A stretch of 44,778 bases of DNA. Origin: Candidatus Tectimicrobiota bacterium. Lineage in GTDB: Bacteria; JACPSX01. The stretch covers positions 1 through 44,778 of the forward strand of contig JACPSX010000217.1 of assembly GCA_016193065.1 (NCBI GenBank), written 5' to 3'. Below, piece after piece: positions 33,601 to 40,911 of this stretch; position 1 is the first letter of the stretch, and the number at the start of each line of letters is the position of its first letter. Under the pieces are notes generated by a model. The model did no database searches and was not told the DNA's origin. It saw only the letters and a program-made list of their open reading frames with translations. A program made the translations under genes and the position numbers.

Positions 33601-33851
33601 CGGATCTTGGCCTTGATCCCACACTGAGTGTTGCACTGCTGGCAGACCGAGTAGAGGATGTTCTCGGGGGTGGCACGATCGTACTCGCCGGTCGGGAGTT
33701 CCCGAGCCTCGGCGGCACGGACTAAACCTGCCAGCTCCCCCAGCTTGGCATGGCTGGCAAGAAGGGCAGCACCCCCCAAGAGTGCCCCGCCGGTGAGGAT
33801 GGAGCGCCTTGTAAGTCCATCCCCGTCGTGTTCGGGAAGCTTCTTCCCCAT
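30606..33851 (-). CDS. Tat-exported molybdopterin (DMSO-reductase family) oxidoreductase catalytic subunit, TtrA-like
   Basis: Twin-arginine leader LTRRSILTGGALLGGAALL. FS0 motif CQQCNTQCGIKA...C. 1081 aa with TtrA-like blocks (KRAGKRGENKWMTIPFQQAIAEIVEGG, LIRRFAVDAFGSRN, RWIIDNRRYDERYL, EDFYLRMVANVA). The subfamily call comes from my recollection of TtrA, not from a search. Confidence 0.7.
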   Translation of the reverse strand: MGKKLPEHDGDGLTRRSILTGGALLGGAALLASHAKLGELAGLVRAAEARELPTGEYDRATPENILYSVCQQCNTQCGIKAKIRGGVLVKVDGNPFSPWNLDPHVPYRTSPFETAAVDARLCPKGQAGIQAAYDPYRIVKVLKRAGKRGENKWMTIPFQQAIAEIVEGGTLFRHVPGEENRKVGGLKEIWALRDPKLANALTGEVKAIMAKKTPAEKRQAVEEFKAKHREQLHLLIDPNHPDLGPKNNQFAFVWGRLKGGRGDLIRRFAVDAFGSRNAHGHTTVCQGSLYFTGKAMSEQYLDGKWTGGKKFFWQADQQSAEFIIFVGVNPFEASQGPTLRAQRITEGVSSGRLKYVVIDPVLNRTSGTMAWKWLPNQPGTDAAAALALIRWIIDNRRYDERYLRNANKAAAAADKEPTSCNAAWLVKMEKDGTPGKFLRASEAGIAPKERRPTSDGKGTYEFDPFVISLGGRLVPFDPNDAKNPVEGDLQVSAEVAGIRVKSAFQLLYEQAAARTVEEWAELAGLKASDLEEIAREFTSHGKKAAVDIHRGVSQHTNGLYNCTAWFALPLLIGSFDWKGGMVGGAAYDAGGGKAGQPFPLGKLHPGKTTAFGVSIIRDGDKYEDTTLFSGYPAKRQWYPLASDIYQEIVPSAGDAYPYPIKALLLYMGTPVYSLPAGHTNIEVLADPAKVPLVVANDIIIGETSMYADYIFPDCTYLERWEFAGTHPSIPWKVQPIRQPVIAPLTETVRVFGQEMPCTLEALLLGIAEKLGLPGFGKDGFGPGQDFLRPEDFYLRMVANVAAGEKADGSDAVPDADDREVELFLKSRRHLPKTVFDADRWAWVVGDKWWRRVITVLSRGGRFEDFARAYDGEQLRNKYGALINLYQEKTATTKSAMTGKPYLGIANYTPGPRDFLDRPVEDIGYDLHLLTKRVVFHTKSRTISNYWLLNFLPGGEFLINTQDAKRLGFKDGDRVKVVSATNPEGIWDLKHGRKKPMVGILKVIEGIRPGVVSFSLGHGHWAYGSQDVVINRRTIKGDQRRSKGLHANAAMRTDPVLPNTCLSDPVGASAVFYDTRVRLVRV

Positions 33852-33863
33852 GATTGCTCTCCT

Positions 33864-34802
33864 TTAGGAATGAAACCCAGCAATGAACTGCGGATCGTCG
33901 GTCACGTAATAGACGCGTGGCTCGGTACCCCGGTTTTCCCGGACCCGCAGGATCTTGTTCTTGTTCTTTTCCTTGAGTTCGTTCACCAGGCTCTGGGCGT
34001 CGTTCTTATCCCCGAAGTAGAGCGCCCGGCCGATGCAGGTGCTGACACACACGGGGAGGAGGCCGGCGTTGAGACGGTGCAGGCAGAAGTGGCACTTTCG
34101 CCCGCCGCCCGCAGGGGGGCCGCTGGCCTTCTTTGGCTCTCGTACCCAGTGGTGGCCGTAGTCGTGGCCGACCGTGCGCTCGTAGGCCTGGAGGGCCGGG
34201 GTGCTCTGGGTGTAAAAGCTCCCGTCGTCGTAGTAAAGGGCCTTGTACGGGCAGGCCTTCGCTGCGGCCCGGAAGGCTGCTCGCCCCCGGAACTTGGCAT
34301 AATTGATGGCCACGATTCCATCGGGCCGCTTGATGATCGAGCCAGGCGCGATTGCATTTGCCGCCGGCAGACAGGGAGGCTTATCACACTGCATGCACTG
34401 GGTGGGCATCGGGTATTTCTTCACTTCAGGGTAGCTGCCGAACTCGATCTCCGGAACGCTGCGGTACGTGACCCCTGGGGGGAGCACGTTCTCCGCCACG
34501 CACGCTACGACACAGGCCCGGCAGCCCACGCACCTGCGGCCGTCCACCACCATGATCCAGCCGCGCTGCTCCACAGGCTTCTGCAGAGCCCTGCGGATCT
34601 CCGCTTGCATTCGCAAAAGGGAATCTGCAGTTCCGTCCATTGCTGGCAGCGGTGCCGGTGGGACCGTCGAGGCCCCTGCGGCTCGATAGCCAGCAGTCTT
34701 GGCGCTAGTAAGGAGCGCCACCCCCACCGCAGTCCCCAGCTTGATTAGATTCCTGCGGTTCATGGTGGACTCTGAAACTCCATCGCCTCGTTTTTTCCCC
34801 AT
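33864..34802 (-). CDS. 4Fe-4S ferredoxin-type electron-transfer subunit with its own Tat-like leader (TtrB-like)
   Basis: MNRRNLIKLGTAV leader; CVGCRACVVACVAEN, QCMQCDKPPC, CHFCLHR...CVSTC clusters. The ATG at 34802 has GGAGGG 6 nt upstream; the track start at 34904 is an extension. Confidence 0.82.
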   Translation of the reverse strand: MGKKRGDGVSESTMNRRNLIKLGTAVGVALLTSAKTAGYRAAGASTVPPAPLPAMDGTADSLLRMQAEIRRALQKPVEQRGWIMVVDGRRCVGCRACVVACVAENVLPPGVTYRSVPEIEFGSYPEVKKYPMPTQCMQCDKPPCLPAANAIAPGSIIKRPDGIVAINYAKFRGRAAFRAAAKACPYKALYYDDGSFYTQSTPALQAYERTVGHDYGHHWVREPKKASGPPAGGGRKCHFCLHRLNAGLLPVCVSTCIGRALYFGDKNDAQSLVNELKEKNKNKILRVRENRGTEPRVYYVTDDPQFIAGFHS

Positions 34803-35182
34803 GGTTTCCCTCCTCTGGCTGATTCCCAACCGTGCCCAGATTTCACACCACCGAGCCCTTTCCTTGTGTTGCATTATGCAATACCCATACCTTTCAACTT
34901 GCATTGCTCATGCCACACCCCGCGTGGATGGGTCCACTCCAAAAGGCGGGAACCCAGAGGTCGGAACGGGACCAATGGAAAGGTTCAAGTCGGGCAAGTC
35001 GTACCGGCCCTGAAAAAAAAGAGCCTCTATCTGGCTACCCACGAGCACGAGCCGGCAGAAGGAAGGAATGGAGTCATTGGAAACCATCGAGGCAAGGGAT
35101 CAAGGCTCCTTTTTTTGTGGGAAAACACCCACCCGGTCCCCTCGGATGGGTGAAAATACTCAGTAAAAAAGACCGCCCTTGC

Positions 35183-35274
35183 GACAATTTGGCAAAGGAA
35201 GCTTTTCCGACGCAGAACCCGTGGACTTTTGTGGGGACACTGGCGGACCGGATCGTCTCCCTCAAGCACGGCCG
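35183..35274 (+). pseudogene. Collapsed ghost copy of the FTR1-ABC operon (upstream leader fragment joined to the ATPase 3-prime end)
   Basis: 35183..35200 equals 25752..25769 at 17/18, followed 41 nt later in both by GACTTTT. 35230..35274 equals 30476..30520 at 41/45, including a 29-nt perfect run. It translates VGTLADRIVSLKHGR versus VGTLADRIVLLEHGR. Confidence 0.6.
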
Positions 35275-35349
35275 GGTCAGGGCTCCGGCTACACACCCTC
35301 AACTGGGCGGCTGAGTTTTCACCTACCTATTGTCAATTGACCCAGATGG

Positions 35350-35512
35350 GTGCTCAAAACGTCTTCGGACGTGCTTCGACGGGCTCAGCACGAACGGAGT
35401 ATGCCCTGATATTCTGGATGTTTCCGTTCGCGGTGAGCCCTTCGGCCGGGTACCCGGCTTCCGGGTGCAGGACAGGCTTGTCGAACCGCGAAAAGGAGTT
35501 TTTGAGCAGCAC
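35350..35512 (+). repeat. Structured palindromic intergenic element, family A, copy 3
   Basis: It shares CTTCGAC, CGAACGGAG, TTTCCGTTCG(Y)GGTGAG, CCGGGTACCCGGCTTC(Y)GGGTG and TTGTCGAACC(R)CGAAAA with copies 1 and 2. Termini are GCTCAAAAC / GTTTTTGAGC. Confidence 0.55.
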
Positions 35513-36358
35513 CTAGATGGCAGGGATGGTTTGCGAGAACTTTGGTTCTAGTCCTAGCAGGTCCAAAACGGTGCGTTTAAGGCTCACCAGGCTTGCGCTG
35601 CCGCGATCTCGGGGACGAGGATCTTTTACCCGGATGATCTCTCGGATCCGCCCCGGAACCGCCGACATGATGGCGACCCGGTCGGCCAGGTACAATGCTT
35701 CTTCCACATCGTGGGTGACCAGGACCACGGTTTTCCCCGAATGATCCCAGAGACGCAAAAGCTCCTTTTGCAAGGTGAGACGGGTCATGGCGTCCAGCGC
35801 TCCAAAAGGCTCATCGAGGAAAAGAACGTCCGGATCTACCGCCAGGACACGGGCCAGTGCAGCGCGCTGGCGCATGCCCCCGGAGATCTGGTGGGGGTAG
35901 TAGTCGTCAAATCCTTCCAGGCCCACGAGGGCAAGGAGTTCCTTGACCCGCCGGCGAATCTCCGCCGGAGGAAATCGAAAAATCTCCAGACCCAAGGCCA
36001 CGTTTTGAGAGACCGTCCGCCAAGGATAGAGGGCATGTTCCTGGAAAACCAAATTCCGGGATGGACTGGGCCCGCGAACCTCTTCTCCATCGATCAACAC
36101 GCGGCCTCCGGATGGCTTCATGAGACCCGCCAGCATCCGCAGGAGGGTGGATTTTCCGCAACCGCTGGGACCCACCAGGGCCAGGAACTCCCCCTCTCCA
36201 ACTTCCAGATGGATCCCATCCAGAACTCTGAGCGAATCAAAGTCCTTGAAAAGTTCCTGGACAATAATCTTTCCCTTGTTTGCGCCGGCAAGCAAAAGGG
36301 AAGGAGCTTCTTCTCCCCGACCCAGCTCCGCTGTTTCGACTAAACTGCGTATTTCCAT
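35513..36358 (-). CDS. ABC transporter ATP-binding protein, NitT/TauT (nitrate/sulfonate/bicarbonate) type
   Basis: GPSGCGKSTLLRMLAG, ISGGMRQRAALAR, LFLDEPFGALD, VTHD. Confidence 0.9.
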   Translation of the reverse strand: MEIRSLVETAELGRGEEAPSLLLAGANKGKIIVQELFKDFDSLRVLDGIHLEVGEGEFLALVGPSGCGKSTLLRMLAGLMKPSGGRVLIDGEEVRGPSPSRNLVFQEHALYPWRTVSQNVALGLEIFRFPPAEIRRRVKELLALVGLEGFDDYYPHQISGGMRQRAALARVLAVDPDVLFLDEPFGALDAMTRLTLQKELLRLWDHSGKTVVLVTHDVEEALYLADRVAIMSAVPGRIREIIRVKDPRPRDRGSASLVSLKRTVLDLLGLEPKFSQTIPAI

Positions 36359-37206
36359 TTCAATAGCCTTCGCTTCAGATGTTCCAGCACCCAGCTATCG
36401 AGGGCCGCGGAAAACAGGCCGATCACCACGATGCCGGCCAGGACTGCCGCCATATCGGCCACCTCACCCGCAATCGTAATGAACCACCCCAGGCCGATAT
36501 TCACCCCACCCACCATCTCTGCGGCAATGAGGGACCTCCAGGCGTTCCCGAACCCGACCTGGCCTCCCGTGACAATGGCCGGCAGAACTTCCGGTGCGTA
36601 TACCTTACTTATGAGTTGTAGACGGCTAGCCCCCATGAGCCGGGCTACATCGACGTGAACAGGCTCCACATGCTCCACTGCGTTCATCACGGAGACGGCC
36701 ATGGGGAAAAAGGCGGAAATAATGATCACCAGGATGATCGGCCGATCCCCGAACCCCAGGAGAATGATGAACAGGGGCACCCAGGCGATGGGCGGAATGG
36801 ATTGCAGGATCGAAACCAGCGCTCTGGAATAGCGGCGAAATGGACCCCAGACCCCGCTGGCCAGCCCAACTACGACCCCCAGCAATGAGGCGATCCCAAA
36901 CCCGATCCCCAGACGCACGAAGCTGCGCGCAATCGTGAAAAGGAACTTCCGGGTCCCCAGCTCGCGGGTCAAGCGCAGGAACACCTGGGTAGGAGTGGGG
37001 ATGAGATAGGCAGGGAAGAAGAGGGACGCAAGCTGCCACCCCAACAGGATGGAGAGGAAAGCGAGTCCGTAAGCAGTAAGCCTTCGCAGGCCGGGGGCGG
37101 AAGGAGGTTTCCCGGTTGGAGAAGTTGGAGATGCTCCGCCCCCCAGATCTTCGCCCCTCTCCCCTACAGGTTCTAACGCGCGCTCCGCTCGAGTTCTTTC
37201 TGCCAC
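36340..37206 (-). CDS. ABC transporter permease, NitT/TauT type
   Basis: BPD-transporter-like 6-TM ORF with an EAA-like loop (ARLMGASRLQLISKVYAPEVLPAI). Confidence 0.88.
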   Translation of the reverse strand: MAERTRAERALEPVGERGEDLGGGASPTSPTGKPPSAPGLRRLTAYGLAFLSILLGWQLASLFFPAYLIPTPTQVFLRLTRELGTRKFLFTIARSFVRLGIGFGIASLLGVVVGLASGVWGPFRRYSRALVSILQSIPPIAWVPLFIILLGFGDRPIILVIIISAFFPMAVSVMNAVEHVEPVHVDVARLMGASRLQLISKVYAPEVLPAIVTGGQVGFGNAWRSLIAAEMVGGVNIGLGWFITIAGEVADMAAVLAGIVVIGLFSAALDSWVLEHLKRRLLKWKYAV

Positions 37207-38177
37207 CTGAGATCCACCACGCTGCTCAGCGGGACGTCCTTCTTCAAGATCCCCAGCTCCTTCATGATTCCGGAGAGCTCTTCCATGCGCTTCAAGTCCG
37301 CCGGGCTGAGACGCCAGTCAAATGTGTTCGTGGTCAGCGAGCGCCTCATCACTTCCTCCGCAGAAACCGTGCCGGAGTCCGTCGTGAGACCTCCTTCGGG
37401 CATGAAGGCAGGAGCCAGAACACGGCTTGCTTCCGCCGGATTCGTCTTCATGAACTCAATGCTCTGCTTAATGCTGGCCAGCGCTTTCTTCACCACGGCG
37501 GGTTTCTCGGAGATCAACTTCCCCGGGACAATGGCAACCATGCAGGGAAAAGGCCACGACTTTCCCACCTCGTAAATCTCGGTCACCGGCAGGGAAAGGC
37601 GAGCCATGCTGTCATAGGGCTCAAACAGAAATGCGGCATCGACCCGCCCGGCCCGCAGGGAGGCCAGTGCGGTAGCCGGGGACGTGTAAACAAACTGCAG
37701 TGACTGATCGTTTAGGCCCGCTTTCTTGAGAACCACTCCCTTGAGCACGATGTCCGCCGTGCTTCCCACCGCCTGGGTGGCCAGGCTCCGGTTCTTCAGG
37801 TCGGCCACGCTGTTGATCCCCCGATCCTTGCGGGTAATCAGGGCGTGGTAGCCGTCCTGCACCTTGCCGATGATCTTGAGATCCGCACCTTGAGCCGACC
37901 AGGTAATGGCATTCGTGAAACCGAGAATCCCGATGTCCAGTTGCCCCGTGACAAGCCCTTTCACCAGGGTGGGCCCGCTCGTGAAGGCGGTCACCGTCGC
38001 ATCGAGTCCCTGGGCCGCAAAAAATCCCTTGTCCCGCGCAATGACCACAGGAGCATCATCAAACACGTGGACATAACCGGCCCGCAGCGCTTCACCGGCG
38101 GCCGCCCTGCTCGTTCCAAGACCAAGCCACAGGACAAGTCCAAACACCAAAAGGGTTGCTGTTTGTTTTCTGTTCAT
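37173..38177 (-). CDS. ABC transporter substrate-binding protein (NMT1/THI5-SsuA-like)
   Basis: Signal peptide MNRKQTATLLVFGLVLWLGLGTSRAAAG. ATG at 38177. Operon context with NitT/TauT components. Confidence 0.82.
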   Translation of the reverse strand: MNRKQTATLLVFGLVLWLGLGTSRAAAGEALRAGYVHVFDDAPVVIARDKGFFAAQGLDATVTAFTSGPTLVKGLVTGQLDIGILGFTNAITWSAQGADLKIIGKVQDGYHALITRKDRGINSVADLKNRSLATQAVGSTADIVLKGVVLKKAGLNDQSLQFVYTSPATALASLRAGRVDAAFLFEPYDSMARLSLPVTEIYEVGKSWPFPCMVAIVPGKLISEKPAVVKKALASIKQSIEFMKTNPAEASRVLAPAFMPEGGLTTDSGTVSAEEVMRRSLTTNTFDWRLSPADLKRMEELSGIMKELGILKKDVPLSSVVDLRWQKELERSAR

Positions 38178-38371
38178 TATTACGCTCCTTTGCCTCCAGA
38201 GGAAATCTGGAATCTTCACTAATCCCCGCAATCTTAAGTGAGTACATCGGCTTAGTCAAGATAAAAAGGGCCTCTTCCACCTTCTCGATTTAAGTTACGA
38301 AAATTGAGCCAGTTAAGGATATACTGCCCTCCGAAGCAGCGGCACTCCTGCTCTTTCCATGAGGTGGAAAA

Positions 38372-39565
38372 ATGCGTCTTCCTCCCTCGGTGATTGCCTT
38401 GGGGGTAGTCAGCTTCTTTACGGATTTTTCCAGCGAGATGATCTACCCCTTGCTGCCCGTTTTCCTCTCCAGCGTGCTGGGCGCGGGGGCCTTGGCGCTG
38501 GGGATCATTGAAGGAATTGCCGAATCCACGGCGGCTCTTTTCAAGGTGGTCTCGGGAATCTGGACCGATCGGTCGGGCCGCCGGAAGCCTTTCATCCTGG
38601 CAGGATATAGTCTCGCGGGATTGGCTCGACCGCTCATTGGTCTGGCGACAGCCTGGCCCTTTGTACTGGCCATGCGCTTTGCGGACCGCATTGGCAAAGG
38701 GCTGCGGACATCTCCCAGGGATGCGCTCATTGCCGGCGTGACGGAGCCAGACCAGCGGGGAGTGGCCTACGGCTTTCACCGCTCCATGGATCACGCTGGG
38801 GCTGTCATCGGGCCGCTGGTGGCGGCAGGGCTCCTGGCCTCGACAGGCATGTCCCTCCGCCAGGTCTTTCTCCTGGCGGCCATCCCTGCAGCCCTGGTCA
38901 TCGTCGTATTAGTGGCATGGGTAAGAGAACCCGTTGCTGAATTCGAAAAAGACCCCCAATCCCCACCCCTGAAGAGCCACTGGAGTGATCTGGGAAGTGA
39001 GTTTAAGTTTCTCCTTCTGGCGCTGCTGGTGTTTACTCTGGGGAACTCCACCGATGCGTTCCTTCTCCTTCGCCTTTCGAACGCGGGGATCCCTGCAACC
39101 TGGACGGCGGTGCTGTGGTCCCTGCACCATGTGGTGAAGATGGCTTCAGCCTATTGGGGAGGACATCTCTCCGACCGGTTCGGTCGGCGCCGGATGATCA
39201 TTTTCGGCTGGACTGTGTACGCCGCGATCTATCTTGCTTTTGCCCTGGTGGACTCTCCCACCGTGCTCATCGCGGTGTTTCTTGCCTACGGTATCTACTT
39301 TGGTCTCACGGAACCTTCCGAAAAAGCCTGGGTCGCTGATCTCGTGCCCGCACATCTGAGGGGCACCGCTTTCGGTTATTACAATGGGGTCATCGGCCTC
39401 GGGGCGTTGCCTGCAAGCCTGATCTTCGGGTTCTTATGGCAAACCTGGGGGGTGACGAGTGCATTCCTGACCGGGGCGGGGTTCGCGGCAGTGGCGTCTG
39501 CTCTCTTGTTGGTCTTCCTCAGGCCCCCCGACCCGCGAAGACCAAAAGAATCCCTCCGAAGGTGA
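38372..39565 (+). CDS. MFS transporter
   Basis: 12-TM ORF with FFTDFSSEMIYPLLPVFL and DRSGRRKPF/DRFGRRRM loop motifs. Confidence 0.85.
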   Translation: MRLPPSVIALGVVSFFTDFSSEMIYPLLPVFLSSVLGAGALALGIIEGIAESTAALFKVVSGIWTDRSGRRKPFILAGYSLAGLARPLIGLATAWPFVLAMRFADRIGKGLRTSPRDALIAGVTEPDQRGVAYGFHRSMDHAGAVIGPLVAAGLLASTGMSLRQVFLLAAIPAALVIVVLVAWVREPVAEFEKDPQSPPLKSHWSDLGSEFKFLLLALLVFTLGNSTDAFLLLRLSNAGIPATWTAVLWSLHHVVKMASAYWGGHLSDRFGRRRMIIFGWTVYAAIYLAFALVDSPTVLIAVFLAYGIYFGLTEPSEKAWVADLVPAHLRGTAFGYYNGVIGLGALPASLIFGFLWQTWGVTSAFLTGAGFAAVASALLLVFLRPPDPRRPKESLRR

Positions 39566-40415
39566 GCACGGCGCCCCCCAGAACCTGCGGGGTAAAGCTC
39601 TCCACTTCCCTCAGGAGCAAGAAGGAGATCCCGATGGTCATGAGAGTGTTGGTGTACTGGAGCGGAGAAACAAGAGAGACCGGGATGAGAGCCAAGGCGA
39701 AGTACCGGAAGATCTGAGCAAAGGCCACGGTGAAACCAGCCACGAAGAATGAACCCCCTCCCGCCCCCCGCAGCTCACTCATGCGCTGGCGGACCTCCGG
39801 TTTCACCGCCAGCATCAACAGGACAACGACACAAGCCGAAAGGTAGGAGATGAGAAGGGCAGCCACAGGAGCTTTGACGGTCATTCCCAACTTGATGAAG
39901 ATCGGGCTGGTGCCGTAGGCCACGGATCCGAGAATCGCCAGGATCAAGCCACGAAGGAAATCCTGCCGCGAGAGGGTTTTCCCACCCACCGGCTTGTAAG
40001 AGGCCAGAAACGTACCCCCCAGGATGAGAAAAACCCCGATGGCCATCGGCAGGGAGAGGCGTTCATTCAAAATGAGGATCCCGAGGAAGATCGACCAGAG
40101 AGGAACCAGGGAGCTGATCACGCCGGCCCGGTTGGCACCCACGTAATGGATCGCATGGTAGGTGAGAAAACGCCCTACGAAAAAGTGAATGATCCCGGCG
40201 ACGATAAGGAATATGTAACCAGCCAAGGTGAATTTGGTCAGCATGCCAATTTGGCCCACCAGGAGAGCATAGAGGCCGATTATGAACGGTCCGATGAAGA
40301 CCGTGAGAACCGTGCCGATGTAAACGTCGCCGACCAGAGAGCCTTTGCGGACAAAAACACGGTTGGCGGCAAAGCACATCGCAGAGAGCAAGGCATAGAT
40401 CACACCAAGAATCAT
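39519..40415 (-). CDS. DMT-superfamily (EamA) transporter
   Basis: 10-TM ORF with two EamA-like halves. It overlaps the convergent MFS gene end by 47 nt. Confidence 0.82.
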   Translation of the reverse strand: MILGVIYALLSAMCFAANRVFVRKGSLVGDVYIGTVLTVFIGPFIIGLYALLVGQIGMLTKFTLAGYIFLIVAGIIHFFVGRFLTYHAIHYVGANRAGVISSLVPLWSIFLGILILNERLSLPMAIGVFLILGGTFLASYKPVGGKTLSRQDFLRGLILAILGSVAYGTSPIFIKLGMTVKAPVAALLISYLSACVVVLLMLAVKPEVRQRMSELRGAGGGSFFVAGFTVAFAQIFRYFALALIPVSLVSPLQYTNTLMTIGISFLLLREVESFTPQVLGGAVLTFGGILLVFAGRGA

Positions 40416-40524
40416 TTCGGGATTTCCCCCCTTCTCGGAATCGTGTTTATCCTATGAAGGCGCTCAACTTTATCAAATTAGAGGAGAAAACACCAGACCA
40501 GAGCGGCTCTGACCGACGAGAAAA

Positions 40525-40902
40525 TCATTCCACGATGATTTTCCCCCGGAACATCCCCATCTGGCAGGCAAACTCGTACTCGCCGGCTTCCTTCGGGAGA
40601 AACTCCACCGCCACTGTTTCCCCTTCGGGAAGGGCTGCCGATTTGTTGAAGGCAGGGAGCAGAACCATCTCGGAGCAAGAGGCTGACTCCTGACGGACGA
40701 AGTTCAGGCGGACGGGCTTGCCCGCCTCCACGACGATCAGGTCCGGGGTATATCCCCCTTTCACCAGGACCATCTGTTCCTGGTACCCGGACGAGGTGAG
40801 CCCCGCACGCACGCCTGCCGTCTTCACCAGCCAGAAGAACCAGACGATAAACCCGATGAGCCCCAGGCCAATCAAGTCCACCAGAATCTTATCCCAAGCC
40901 AT
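40525..40902 (-). CDS. Membrane-anchored cupredoxin-like domain protein
   Basis: N-terminal TM, then GKPVRLNFVRQESASCSEMVLLP...AGEYEFACQMGMFRGKIIV (C-x-M-x-M end motif). It is immediately downstream of copA. Confidence 0.68.
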   Translation of the reverse strand: MAWDKILVDLIGLGLIGFIVWFFWLVKTAGVRAGLTSSGYQEQMVLVKGGYTPDLIVVEAGKPVRLNFVRQESASCSEMVLLPAFNKSAALPEGETVAVEFLPKEAGEYEFACQMGMFRGKIIVE

Positions 40903-40911
40903 GACTCCTCC

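Noticed and set aside
35190-35206. Sigma-54 promoter in TGGCAAAGGAAGCTTTT (and the related TGGCAAAGGAAACC at 25760)
   Set aside because: The GG-to-GC spacing is 10 nt rather than the 12 nt (GG start to GC start) of the TGGCAC-N5-TTGC consensus, and the -12 TTGC element is missing. The similarity between the two sites is better explained by the ghost duplication.
34832-35314. 160-aa plus-strand ORF upstream of the TtrB-like gene
   Set aside because: Only its last about 20 codons resemble anything (the ABC ATPase C-terminus). The rest crosses promoter-like noncoding sequence. I interpret it as the ghost operon fragment, not a gene.
35342-35520. 8-bp target-site duplication C(C/T)AGATGG flanking repeat copy 3
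   Set aside because: The left occurrence can equally be read as part of the element's terminal inverted repeat (CYAG...GTGCT..CAAAAC). Copy 1 shows no comparable flanking duplication, so the TSD is unsupported.
40481-40520. Intrinsic terminator after the cupredoxin-like gene
   Set aside because: The best stem (GGTCAGA/TCTGGTC) needs two G-U pairs and has only a patchy U-tract. It is too weak to report as a feature.
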